From: Planctomycetota bacterium
GTDB taxonomy: Bacteria > Planctomycetota > UBA8108 > SXIK01
Length of the DNA: 54,863 bases
NCBI GenBank assembly: GCA_016209535.1
Contig: JACQVW010000236.1
Span: forward strand, 1-54,863
Direction of reading: 5' to 3'
Made by a program: the position numbers and the translations under genes. The notes beneath the pieces are model-generated. The model was given only the letters and a program-made list of their open reading frames with translations. It had not been told where the DNA came from and did not search any database. Positions 17,967 to 27,785 of this stretch are shown here, one piece after another. Position 1 is the first letter of the stretch, and the number at the start of each line of letters is the position of its first letter.

Positions 17967-19859
17967 GTGCTCCAGCACCCGACCCTGCGATGCGCCCCAC
18001 GCTGGCTCCTCCTCGCTTGCGCCGCCACCGCGGCCTTTCGCGAGGCCGGCGCGGCCCCCGCACCGCGGCAGATGGAGCGCCTCGGGCGGGGCGTGGTCGC
18101 GCTCCGGCAGAGCGACGGCTCGGTCTTCGTCGGCTGGCGGCTCCTGGGCACGGACCCTGAGGAGGTCGCCTTCGATCTCTACCGCTCGACGGCGGGCGGC
18201 CCTCCGGCGAAGCTCAACGGGGAGCCGCTGCGGGAGGCGTGCCACTTCGTCGACCGCGGAGCGCCGGCGGAGGAGCCGAACGCATACGACCTCCGGCCCG
18301 TCCTGAAGGGCGACGAGGGCGAGGCGAGCGCGCCGTTCACCCTGCCTGCGAACGCGCCGGCCCGCCCCTTCCTCTCCCTGCCGCTCCGGACGCCCGAGGG
18401 CTACGCGCCCAACGACGCCTCGCCCGGCGACCTCGACGGCGACGGCGAGTACGAGATCGTGCTCCACCAGACGGGGCGAGGGCGGGACAACTCGCAGGCC
18501 GGGGCCACGACCGAGCCCATCCTCGAGGCCTACGAGATGGATGGCACGTTCCTCTGGCGGATCCGCCTCGGGCGGAACATCCGCGAAGGTGCTCACTACA
18601 CGCAGTTCATGGTCTACGACCTCGACGGCGACGGCCGCGCCGAGGTCGCCTCGAAGACCGCGGACGGGACCGTGGACGGGAAGGGCGCGGTCATCGGCGA
18701 CGCGAAGGCCGATCACCGCAACGAGCGCGGCTACGTCCTCGCGGGGCCCGAGTACCTGACGATCTTCGCCGGCGCCACGGGCGCGGCCCTGGCCACCTCG
18801 GACTACGTCCCCCCTCGGGGCAAGGTCGCCGACTGGGACGACGACTACGGGAACCGCGTCGACCGGTTCCTCGCCTGCATCGCCTACCTCGACGGGGAGC
18901 GGCCGAGTCTCGTCATGTGCCGCGGCTACTACACGCGCACGGTGCTCGCCGCCTGGAGCTGGCGGGGGGGCAAGCTGACCCGCCAGTGGACCTTCGACAG
19001 CCACGACGGGGCCCCCGGCAACGCGCGCTACGCGGGCCAGGGCAACCACAGCATCGCCGTCGCGGACGTCGATGGCGATGGCCGCGACGAGATCGTGTAC
19101 GGGGCGTGCGTGATCGACGACGACGGAAAGGGGCTCTACTCCACGGGCCTCGGCCACGGCGACGCCCAGCACCTGAGCGACCTCGACCCCGGCCGCCCCG
19201 GCCTCGAGGTCTTCTCCATCCACGAACGCCCTCGCCACGAGCACGGGATCGAGATGCGCGACGCCCGGACCGGCGCGGTCCTCTGGAGCGTACCGTCCCC
19301 CGATGTCGGACGCGGGCTTGCCATCGACATCGATCCGCGCCACCCCGGCGCCGAGTGCTGGGCCTCGGGCGATGGCCTGGACGCGCTCCACGACTGCAAG
19401 GGCCGGGTCATCCCCGGCCCGAAGCCGCGCTCCTGCAACATGGCCATCTGGTGGGACGGGGACCCGCTCCGCGAGCTCCTCGACGGCGTCAGGATCGAGA
19501 AGTGGGACCCCGAGCGCGGTCTCGCGGTTCCCCTCCTGGACGGGGCCGAGCACGGCTGCGCGTCAAACAACGGCACGAAGGCCAACCCGTGCCTGGCGGC
19601 GGACATCCTCGGCGACTGGCGGGAGGAGCTCATCGCGCGGACGCGCGACGGGAAGGAGCTGCGGATCTTCACCTCCACGATCCCCACCACCGTGCGCATG
19701 CACACGCTCATGCACGACCCGACCTACAGGCTCGGCGTCGCCTGGCAGAACGTGGGCTACAACCAGCCGCCCCACACGGGCTTTCACCTTGGCCACGGCA
19801 TGGCGCCGCCGCCGCGGCCGGCGATCAGGACGGTACCTCTGGTGAAGGCCGGCAAGTAG
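17967..19859 (+). CDS. Rhamnogalacturonan lyase, family PL11 (YesW/YesX-like)
   Basis: RQMERLGRGVVA, PNDASPGDLDGDGEYEIV, NIREGAHYTQFMVYDLDGDG, GQGNH, GHGDA, NNGTKANP and WQNVGYNQPPH. Start uncertain. Confidence 0.93.
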   Translation: MLQHPTLRCAPRWLLLACAATAAFREAGAAPAPRQMERLGRGVVALRQSDGSVFVGWRLLGTDPEEVAFDLYRSTAGGPPAKLNGEPLREACHFVDRGAPAEEPNAYDLRPVLKGDEGEASAPFTLPANAPARPFLSLPLRTPEGYAPNDASPGDLDGDGEYEIVLHQTGRGRDNSQAGATTEPILEAYEMDGTFLWRIRLGRNIREGAHYTQFMVYDLDGDGRAEVASKTADGTVDGKGAVIGDAKADHRNERGYVLAGPEYLTIFAGATGAALATSDYVPPRGKVADWDDDYGNRVDRFLACIAYLDGERPSLVMCRGYYTRTVLAAWSWRGGKLTRQWTFDSHDGAPGNARYAGQGNHSIAVADVDGDGRDEIVYGACVIDDDGKGLYSTGLGHGDAQHLSDLDPGRPGLEVFSIHERPRHEHGIEMRDARTGAVLWSVPSPDVGRGLAIDIDPRHPGAECWASGDGLDALHDCKGRVIPGPKPRSCNMAIWWDGDPLRELLDGVRIEKWDPERGLAVPLLDGAEHGCASNNGTKANPCLAADILGDWREELIARTRDGKELRIFTSTIPTTVRMHTLMHDPTYRLGVAWQNVGYNQPPHTGFHLGHGMAPPPRPAIRTVPLVKAGK

Positions 19860-20046
19860 CGCGCCTCTGGCGCCGAGCCGGTGGTGGAGCTGGCCGCGGT
19901 ATTCGACAAGAAGCAGGTGCGCGTGGCGCGGTGGTGAGCGGGGGCTCCGGGAGCTGCGAGGGGCGGCGAGCTCTGGCGCCGAGTTCTTCAGTGACGTGGG
20001 CGGTTCCCTCCGGTAACCTGGAATCGAACGCCGGAGGTCCCGATCG

Positions 20047-23000
20047 ATGCGAGCCTGCCAATCCTGCGCGTTGCTCCTCGTCCTGCGCGGCGGCCTCCTC
20101 GCCCAGCCCGCGCCGGTCGACTACCTGCCCGCGATACGCACCGTCGAGGACTTCGACCTGGTGTCGGTGCCGTCGCAGCTCGGCGGCGAGACGGAGCGGC
20201 TCACGAAGTACACCCTGCCCGCCTCGGCGGACCCGGCGCTCCTCCCGCCGGCGTTCCAGAACGTGGCCCGGTTCCCCTTCCACTTCGAGTTCCTGAAGAC
20301 GGTCTTTCCGGACAAGTTCCCGGGCCTCACGATCGAGCGCTACCTCGACCTCGTCGAGCGCCGCGCGACGCGCCGGTACTTCGCGGGGGCCGTATCGCGC
20401 TTCCGGACGGACGCGGGCGGCTTCTACGGTTTCTCGATCTTCACCGCCACGGGACCCGGCGAGCTCCTGAGCGCCGAGGAGACGCGCGCCGTCTACGAGG
20501 CCTTCGCGAAAGTCTTCGACCTCAGGCCCCTCTACTATGCCCCCGAGACGGCCCCCGCTCGCGCCGCGGCGGGCGCGTGGCGCGACCCCGGCTTCCCGGT
20601 CTACCTCGGGCAGGCGACGCAGGCGTCCTACCAGGCCTACACCCGCGCCACGGGCTACGGCCGCGTCCGCGTCTTGACTCTCCCTCAGTTCGACGAGGCG
20701 AACCAATCCGGCCGCTTCACCTGGCAGGACATCCTCGTCCTCGAGCGCGCGCCGAGCGACATCGAGGGCGTCGTCGCGGGCGTCGTGACCGCCGAGCCTC
20801 AAGGCGAGCTGAGCCACGTGGCGATCCGCTCGGCGCGCCGCGGCACGCCGAACGCCTACCTCGCCGGCGCCCTCGAGCGCTTCCGGCCCCTCGAGGGAAA
20901 GCTCGTGAAGCTCGAGGTGAAGGCGGCGGAGTACGCCGTGGCGGAGGCGGGCCTCGCCGAGGCCGAGGCCTTTTGGCGCGAGCACCGCCCGAAGCTCTCG
21001 GAGGAGCCCCGGATCGACCCCGACCACGCGGCCTTCGATTCCCTCGACGAGATGGACCTCTCCGGCGCCGTCGTCCCGCCCGAGGCCCGCTACGGCGGCA
21101 AGGCGTCGAACTTCGCACGCCTCCAGCGGATCCTGACGGGCCCCTTCGAGAAGTACCGCGAGCGGGGCTTCGCCGTGCCCGCCCGCTACTATCTCGAGTT
21201 CCTCCGCTCCAACCGCATGGAGTCGGCCGTGGAGCCGGGCCGCCTGGTCACTTACGAGGAGCACCTCCGCGAGCTCCTCGCCTCCGCGACGTTCCGGAGC
21301 GACCCCGAGGCGCGGTTCGAGGCCCTCGAGCGCTTCCGCGAGGCCGTCGAGGACGACGGCGCCGTCGACCCGAAGCTCGTCGCGGGCCTGGCGCGGCGCA
21401 TCGGCGAGGTCTTCGGCTCGACGGGCGTGCCCGTGCGCTTCCGCTCGTCGTCGAACGTCGAGGATGCCCTCGAGTTCAACGGCGCGGGCCTCTACGACTC
21501 GACCACGGCCTGCGCCGACGACGACCTCGACCTGGGCGACGGCGGGCCCTCGCGCTGCGACCCGGCCCAGCCGCGGGAGCGCGGGATCGCGCGGGCCCTC
21601 AAGAAGGTCTGGGCGAGCCTCTGGAGCTTCCGGGCCTTCGAGGAGCGCGAGTACTACCAGATCCAGCAGCAGAAGGCGGTCATGGCGGTGCTCGTCTCGG
21701 CCGCGTACCTCGACGAGCAGGCGAACGGCGTCGCCTTCACGGGGAACCCCGCCAACGCCCTCGACCGCCGGTACCTCGTGACGGCCCAGACGGGCGAGGA
21801 GAGCGTCGTGAGCCCCGAGCCCGGCAAGACGCCCGAGAAGGACGTCCTCGAGGTGGAGGGCGGCGTCGTGACGCGGATCGAGCGCGTCGAGCGGTCTTCG
21901 CTCGTGCCCCCGGGCCAGGTCGTCCTCTCCGACGCGGTCCTGCGGGAGCTGGGCGCGCTCCTCTGGCGCATCGACCGGGAGATGCCCGTCGACCTGGGGA
22001 AGCACGACCGCGCCGAGGTGCTCTTCGACATCGAGCTCAAGGTGGAGGCGTCGGGCGAGCTGGCGGTGAAGCAAGTGCGGCCCTTCCTCATCCAGGCCTC
22101 GGGACCGCCGGGCCCTGTCTTCGAGCTCGAGGTGCCCTCGGGCGCGGCGGTCTGCGGCGTCTTCGTCGACGGCCGCGACCCGCGGGGCGAGCTCGAGGCG
22201 AAGAGCATCGCCCGCCTCGTGCCGGGGAAGCACCCGCTCCCGACGGACTTCCCCTCCTTCCCGGGCCGGCTCTTCGAGGAGGTGCTGCACGGCCCGGGTC
22301 CGGCGCGAGCCGCGCCGGCGGGCGGCGGGCGCTTCCGCGTCGAGGTCCGGGCCGAGGGGAACGGGAACGCGACCTACACCTTCCGCTACGCCGAGACCTT
22401 CGCCCTCCCCGGCGCCGAGGAGCTCGTCCTCGAGATCTCCTTCCTCGACTTCGAGGTGCGCCGGGACGGACCGCCGCCCGGGCCCAAGGTCCTCGACGAG
22501 GCGTTCCTCACCGACGAGCTGGTCATGCTGGGCGTCCCCGGCGAGGACAGGACCCGCCTCGTGCGCTACTCCTCCTGCTCCTACGACGCCCTCCCCCTCT
22601 GGCAGGTGCGCGCCGAGCTCGAGGGGGGCGACCTCGTGGAGCTCGAGGAGCGCTACCGCGTGCCGCAGGCCGGCTCCGGGCCCGCGAGCCTCGTCGGCGC
22701 GCGCGTCGCGGTGGCCGGCGCGGTCCAGGAGGCGCGCGACTACTGGCGGCTCGTCTACGCCGCGCAGCACCACAACGAGCGCGTGCGGTACTGGGTCGTT
22801 CTGGACCCGCCGCTCGCGCTGCCCGGCGGCGGCGCGGCGCGGATCGTCGAACTGAACGAGCCGCAGCGCGACCGCGGCGTGCAGGCCCAGGCGGCGTACC
22901 TCGCCGCGGACTTCAAGGTGCTCGCGAGGCCCCAGGTCCTCTGCTGGCAGAAGGCGCTCGCGGGCCGGCTCGGCGCCTGCGGCTTCCGCCGCGGCGACGC

Positions 23001-23256
23001 CGACTCGAGCGGCGGCGTGGACCTCACCGATGCGGTGTTCCTCCTCCTCCACCTCTTCCAGGGCGGCCCCGCGCCGGCCTGCGAGGACGCGTCGGACTTC
23101 AACGACGACGGCATCCAGGACATCACCGACGCGATCCTCATCCTCACCTTCCTCTTCCGCGGCGTGGACCTCTCGGAGCCGCCCGGTCCCTACGATTGCG
23201 GCCCGGACCCCACGCAGGACGGCCTCGCCGAGTGCGGGGACGGGGGGTGCGGGTAG
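20047..23256 (+). CDS. Secreted PEP/pyruvate-binding (PPDK/PEP synthase N-terminal-like) domain protein with C-terminal dockerin-like domain
   Basis: Signal peptide; LSHVAIRSARRGTPN (phospho-His domain-like); YGGKASNF; RFRSSSNVED..FNGAGLYDS; KKVWASLW; DIELK; KQVRP; C-terminus FRRGDADSSG...DPTQD...C. Confidence 0.85.
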   Translation: MRACQSCALLLVLRGGLLAQPAPVDYLPAIRTVEDFDLVSVPSQLGGETERLTKYTLPASADPALLPPAFQNVARFPFHFEFLKTVFPDKFPGLTIERYLDLVERRATRRYFAGAVSRFRTDAGGFYGFSIFTATGPGELLSAEETRAVYEAFAKVFDLRPLYYAPETAPARAAAGAWRDPGFPVYLGQATQASYQAYTRATGYGRVRVLTLPQFDEANQSGRFTWQDILVLERAPSDIEGVVAGVVTAEPQGELSHVAIRSARRGTPNAYLAGALERFRPLEGKLVKLEVKAAEYAVAEAGLAEAEAFWREHRPKLSEEPRIDPDHAAFDSLDEMDLSGAVVPPEARYGGKASNFARLQRILTGPFEKYRERGFAVPARYYLEFLRSNRMESAVEPGRLVTYEEHLRELLASATFRSDPEARFEALERFREAVEDDGAVDPKLVAGLARRIGEVFGSTGVPVRFRSSSNVEDALEFNGAGLYDSTTACADDDLDLGDGGPSRCDPAQPRERGIARALKKVWASLWSFRAFEEREYYQIQQQKAVMAVLVSAAYLDEQANGVAFTGNPANALDRRYLVTAQTGEESVVSPEPGKTPEKDVLEVEGGVVTRIERVERSSLVPPGQVVLSDAVLRELGALLWRIDREMPVDLGKHDRAEVLFDIELKVEASGELAVKQVRPFLIQASGPPGPVFELEVPSGAAVCGVFVDGRDPRGELEAKSIARLVPGKHPLPTDFPSFPGRLFEEVLHGPGPARAAPAGGGRFRVEVRAEGNGNATYTFRYAETFALPGAEELVLEISFLDFEVRRDGPPPGPKVLDEAFLTDELVMLGVPGEDRTRLVRYSSCSYDALPLWQVRAELEGGDLVELEERYRVPQAGSGPASLVGARVAVAGAVQEARDYWRLVYAAQHHNERVRYWVVLDPPLALPGGGAARIVELNEPQRDRGVQAQAAYLAADFKVLARPQVLCWQKALAGRLGACGFRRGDADSSGGVDLTDAVFLLLHLFQGGPAPACEDASDFNDDGIQDITDAILILTFLFRGVDLSEPPGPYDCGPDPTQDGLAECGDGGCG

Positions 23257-23372
23257 GGCCGCCCATGGTCCCGTGTCTTGGCAGGCGACTGCCAGGCCCG
23301 CTCGAAGCGGTCCTCGACGCCCCGTCCCCTGCGGCGTAGACTGAAGGACCACGGTACGTTTGGTGAACGACC

Positions 23373-24158
23373 ATGAAGAGCCCCTTCCCTGGCATGGATC
23401 CCTTCCTCGAGGCCCACTGGGGAGATGTCCACACGAGCCTGGTCACGTACGCACGCGATCAGCTTCGCGGGCAGATCCCGGAGGATCTGAGGGTTCGGGT
23501 GGAAGAGCAAGTCGCGGTCGAGGCGCCCGACGGCAATGGAGCAGCGTTCTACCCGGACGTCCGAGTGCTGGAGACGGCAGGCCCGGCACCTCCGTCGGGT
23601 GCCAAGGCAGCCGGCACTGCCGTGGCGGATCCGCTCATCTTGCCCTACGAGATCGAGCCGCCGACACTGCGCTCGATCCGCATCACGGACGTCCGGTCGG
23701 GCAATCGCGTGGTCACGGCGATCGAGCTCCTCAGCCGGGCCAACAAGCTTGGCGAGAAGCGCCGCCAGCAGTACATCCAGAAGCAGGAGGAGCTGCTGGG
23801 CGGCGGTGTCAACCTCGTCGAGGTCGACCTCCTGCGGGCTGGACGCTACGTCCTCGCGGCACCGGAAGAGGACTTACCGCCCGAGTACCGCAAGCCCTAC
23901 CGCATCTGCGTCACGCGGCTGCAGCCGCCGCGGCGCGAGGTGTACCGCGTGACGCTCCGGGAACGCTTGCCAATCATCCGGGTTCCGCTCCGGCCGCGAG
24001 ACCCCGATGCGCTGCTCGACATGCAAGCGCTCGTCGACGCGAGCTACGAAGCCGGGGGCTACGACGACATCGACTACCGCGTCGAGCCGGCGCCGGCGCT
24101 CGAAGGGGACGATGCGACCTGGGCCGATGCGCTCTTGCGGCAGGCCGGCAAGCGGTGA
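23373..24158 (+). CDS. DUF4058 family protein (second paralog)
   Basis: MKSPFPGMDPFLE, IELLSRANK and NLVEVDLLR motifs. Confidence 0.9.
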   Translation: MKSPFPGMDPFLEAHWGDVHTSLVTYARDQLRGQIPEDLRVRVEEQVAVEAPDGNGAAFYPDVRVLETAGPAPPSGAKAAGTAVADPLILPYEIEPPTLRSIRITDVRSGNRVVTAIELLSRANKLGEKRRQQYIQKQEELLGGGVNLVEVDLLRAGRYVLAAPEEDLPPEYRKPYRICVTRLQPPRREVYRVTLRERLPIIRVPLRPRDPDALLDMQALVDASYEAGGYDDIDYRVEPAPALEGDDATWADALLRQAGKR

Positions 24159-24243
24159 TCGGGTCGGGGCGCCTCACGCGCGGTCGACCCCCTCGCGGCG
24201 GTCGATCTCGCGGCGATCGAGGCCAGAGGCGGGCGCAGCGCCC

Positions 24244-25896
24244 TCACCTCGCCGCCGGCCGGCTCGTGAAGACGATGTCGCCCCGTGAGCCGCCGAGGTC
24301 CATGTCGAGCTCCCCCCGCGTCCCGCCGTCGTCGGCGCGGTCAGGGCCGACGGAGTAGAGAGTCCAGGCTCCGCCCGCCTCGCCCTTGAGCTTGAGGGGC
24401 CTCCCGTCGAAGGGATCGAGCGGCACCGCCTCGAGGAAGCGCGGCACGAGGTCCTCGAGCCGCCCCGGGGAGCGCCCCTCGGCGAGGCGGAAGCGGTGCA
24501 TGGCGAGGCCCGCGCGCAAGAGGCGCCGGTAGGCGGTCGCCTCGGCGGCCCCGGGCAGAGCCTCGGCGAGGCCGATCATGCCGCTCGTCCGGATAGGCGC
24601 CGGCCTCGCCGCGCGGGGCGGGTCCAGCCCCTTCGGGAAGCCCCTGGCGAGGCGAGCGCGCGCCTCGCCGATGCGCTCCCGCACCTCCGCGAGGTCGTCC
24701 GAGAGGTGCAGGATGCGGTAGAGGTCGCCGCCCCGCTCGAGCGGAAAGCCGAAGACAGGCGCGTTCGACGCCTCCGTCGCGGTGCGGGCGGCCTGCGCGA
24801 GGCTCATGGCCGCCTCGACGCGCAGGACGGGCTCGAGGAGCCGGTCGTAGTCGACCTCGTCGACGGGGCCCAGCGCATCGAGGTCCGCCGCGGCGAGCGC
24901 GGGGTGCGCCAGCGCCGCCTCGAGGGGCTGGATGGCGTGGCCCACGTACGCGCAGCCGACGGCAAACCGGAGCAGGTACGGGGGCCCCGCGCGCACGAGC
25001 TGGTCCGAGACCGCGAGCAGGGCGCGGACATCCTTCAGCGCCTCCTCGGGCTTCCCGGCCTCGATGCGCTGGCGGGCGTGCTCGAGGAGGACGTGGTGGA
25101 GGTCCAACTCGTGCAAGGTCGACGGCCACGCCGGCTCGAGGACCTCATCCCGCTCGCCGTCGAGCTCTATCCCGCGCCCGGGGAAGACCGCCGCCTCGTG
25201 GAGCCTCGCGATGTCGTCCGCGTGGCGCGCGAGGAGCCTCTCGACCTCGCCTGAGGGAAACCGCCGCGGGTCCCAGACATCCTCCTCGTCCGACTCCGGC
25301 TCCTCGGCCTCCGCCGCCGGCTCGGGTGCACCTTCGTGCCAGAGCTCGCAGAACACGCCGTCGAGGAGTGCCTTCGCCACCTCGGGCTGCTCCGGGTCGT
25401 CCTTGAAGCTCGCGACCACCTCCTCGTAGACCGCCGCGACGTTCTGCTCCTCGGGGAGAGCCTCCGGCACGACCTCCTCCACGAGCCGCTCGGCCTCGAG
25501 CCGCGCCGCGCGGATCTCGCGAGCGGTCCAGGCGAAGCTCGAGATCAGGAGGACCGTCCACCCAAGGAAGCCGTAGGAGAAGAGCCCGAAGACGAGCCTC
25601 GGCGGCCACCGGCCGGCGCGGGGGCCGAGGAACGCCGCGCCGGCGAGCCAGAACAGGCACGCTGCGGGCAGCACGTACCGCCACTTCAGGTCGACCTGCG
25701 GTGCTGCGATGGTCGGCTCGGAGATCCACGCGAGGACGTTCAGGATCCCGATCCCCGTGGCAAGGGCCAGGACCGCCAGGACGTACAGGAAGCCCCGCAC
25801 GAGGCGCCACCTCATGCCCTCGGTCCCCCGGAGGTAGAGCGCGAGGACCGTGAGGAGCCAGGTCAGGGTGGCGAGGAGAAGCACGACGGAGAGCAT
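24244..25896 (-). CDS. Membrane protein with helical domain and pseudopilin GspG-like C-terminal motif
   Basis: Four N-terminal TM segments; C-terminus AMHRFRLAEGRSPGRLEDLVPRFLEAVPLDPFDG...LYSVGPDRADDGG. Confidence 0.75.
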   Translation of the reverse strand: MLSVVLLLATLTWLLTVLALYLRGTEGMRWRLVRGFLYVLAVLALATGIGILNVLAWISEPTIAAPQVDLKWRYVLPAACLFWLAGAAFLGPRAGRWPPRLVFGLFSYGFLGWTVLLISSFAWTAREIRAARLEAERLVEEVVPEALPEEQNVAAVYEEVVASFKDDPEQPEVAKALLDGVFCELWHEGAPEPAAEAEEPESDEEDVWDPRRFPSGEVERLLARHADDIARLHEAAVFPGRGIELDGERDEVLEPAWPSTLHELDLHHVLLEHARQRIEAGKPEEALKDVRALLAVSDQLVRAGPPYLLRFAVGCAYVGHAIQPLEAALAHPALAAADLDALGPVDEVDYDRLLEPVLRVEAAMSLAQAARTATEASNAPVFGFPLERGGDLYRILHLSDDLAEVRERIGEARARLARGFPKGLDPPRAARPAPIRTSGMIGLAEALPGAAEATAYRRLLRAGLAMHRFRLAEGRSPGRLEDLVPRFLEAVPLDPFDGRPLKLKGEAGGAWTLYSVGPDRADDGGTRGELDMDLGGSRGDIVFTSRPAAR

Positions 25897-25940
25897 GACG
25901 TCACCACGCCAGCCCCTCTACCACGCGCCTTCGGCCCCCG

Positions 25941-27766
25941 TCAACCTCCGCTCCCCTCCTCGATCTCGCGCAGCAGGCCCTCCGCGGCGCCTCGCAGGGC
26001 CGCATCGCCCGCCTCGGCGGCGATGCGCCGGAGGGCCGGGGCGACCGCCGCGGGCTCTCTCGCGACGCGCCAGAGGCCCTGCGCCGCACGCAGCCGCACC
26101 CGCGGCTCCGGGTCCTCGAGCACCCGCTCGAGGGCGCCCTTCGCGCGCTCCCCGACCCCGAGGCCCGGCTCGAAGAGGACCGAGAGCGCGCCCGCGGCCT
26201 CCTCCCGGCGGGCCGGGTCCGCGGCGCGCAGCCTCTCGAGGAGCACCGGGAGCGCGGCCTCTGCGCGCCTCGCGAGTCCCGCCGCGGCGGGGCTCGCGAG
26301 GCCCGGCAGGCCGGAGAAGTCGCGAGACTCCTCGCGCGAGAGGACCTCGAGGAGGACCGGGACGAGCTCGAGGTCCTCGACGGCGGCCGCCTCGAGGGCC
26401 CCGAGCGCCGCCTCGACGACCTCCCTCGCCGGCGAGCGAACGGCATCGAGGAGCGCCGGGACCGCGGGCCGCGCGGCAGGGCCCAGCCCGGCGAGGGCCC
26501 ACGCCGCGGCCGTGGCCGCCTCGGCACGCTCCGAGCGGAGGATCGCCGAGGCGCGCTCGACGACGACCCGCGGGTCGGGCTTGAGGTCCTGGAGGGCCGC
26601 GATCGCCCCGGCCCGCACCACGCTCGCCTCGTCCTCGAGGGCCTCGACGAGCGCCGGAGCCGCGTCTCGAGCCTCGGCGCCGATCCTGCCGATCCAGCAC
26701 GCGGCACGAGCGCGCGCGTGGGGGTCGCCTCCCTTCAGGGCCTCGAGGAGGACCGGCACACGCGGGGCTCCGCATCCTTCAAGGCCCCGAGGAGGACGAG
26801 GAGGATGCGGCCGCGGGGGAAGGTCTCGTCCCAGTACATCGCCGAGAGGACATGGATGCTCTCCTCCCGCGCCGGAGCGTCACCCGAGCGGAGGATCTCG
26901 ATCAGGGCCTGGACGGTCCTCTGCCCCCCGGGGTCGAGGCGGATCAAGACCGTCGTGAACGCCCCTTGCGCCTGATCGATGCCGCGGACCAGGACCGGGA
27001 CCGCTTCGCGCGCCTCGGGGCTGATCGCGGCGAGGGCCGCGGCCGCCGCGGCGCGCACCCTCAGGTCGAGGTCCTCGAGGGCGCCGATCAGAGCCTGCAC
27101 GCTCTGCGCCGCGGCCCCCTCGTAGCGCCCCACGGCCGCGGCGGCCTCGGCACGCAGCTCGTCGAGGGGGTCGGCGACGGCCCGCGTGAATAGATCCAGG
27201 GCCTCGGGGCCGCAGGGCGCCAGGCCGCAGAGCGCGCCGAGGGCCCAGCGGCGGACCTCGAGCCGAGGCGAAGCTGCACCATCGAGGAGGGTGGGGACGG
27301 CGAGCTTGCCCATGGCGAGGAAGGTGCTCGCGACCCGTTGTCCGTGCCGCTCGTCCCCGAGCCAGCGGAGCAGGACGGGCGAGTACCGCGGGTCCGGTTC
27401 GCCGGAGCCCAAGAGCTCGGACAGTGCGTTCTCCTGCAGCTCCTGGGCCTCCCGCGAGCGCAGCCCGAGAACCGCGTCGAGGACCGCGGGCCCCCCTCCG
27501 AGGAAGCCAAGGATGCCGCGCGGCCGCAGGTCGGGATGGAGCTCGCCCCGCAGGAGCTTCGAGATCCGCGGCACGGCCCGCTCGGAGCGGCGCAAGACGA
27601 GGCTCTCCGCCGCGCTCCGGACGACCGCGGGGTCCTGCGACCCGAGGCGTGCGAGGAGCCAGCGCTCCTCGGCGAGGGGCCGGATGAGCGGCCACGAGCC
27701 CGCGAGGGCGGCGAGGAGGACGGCGAAGGCCACGATCGCCGCGCGGCGCCCTCTCGCCCGGCTCAT
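25941..27766 (-). pseudogene. Membrane-anchored HEAT-repeat protein split by a frameshift (ORFs 27766-26735 and 26759-25941)
   Basis: Both ORFs are HEAT repeats (ALIGALEDLDLRVRAAAAAAL; ALVEALEDEASVVRAGAIAAL). The frame changes at ...ALKDAEPRV | VPVLLEALK near 26760. Confidence 0.65.
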
Positions 27767-27785
27767 GGCTCGCTCGCCTCCACGG

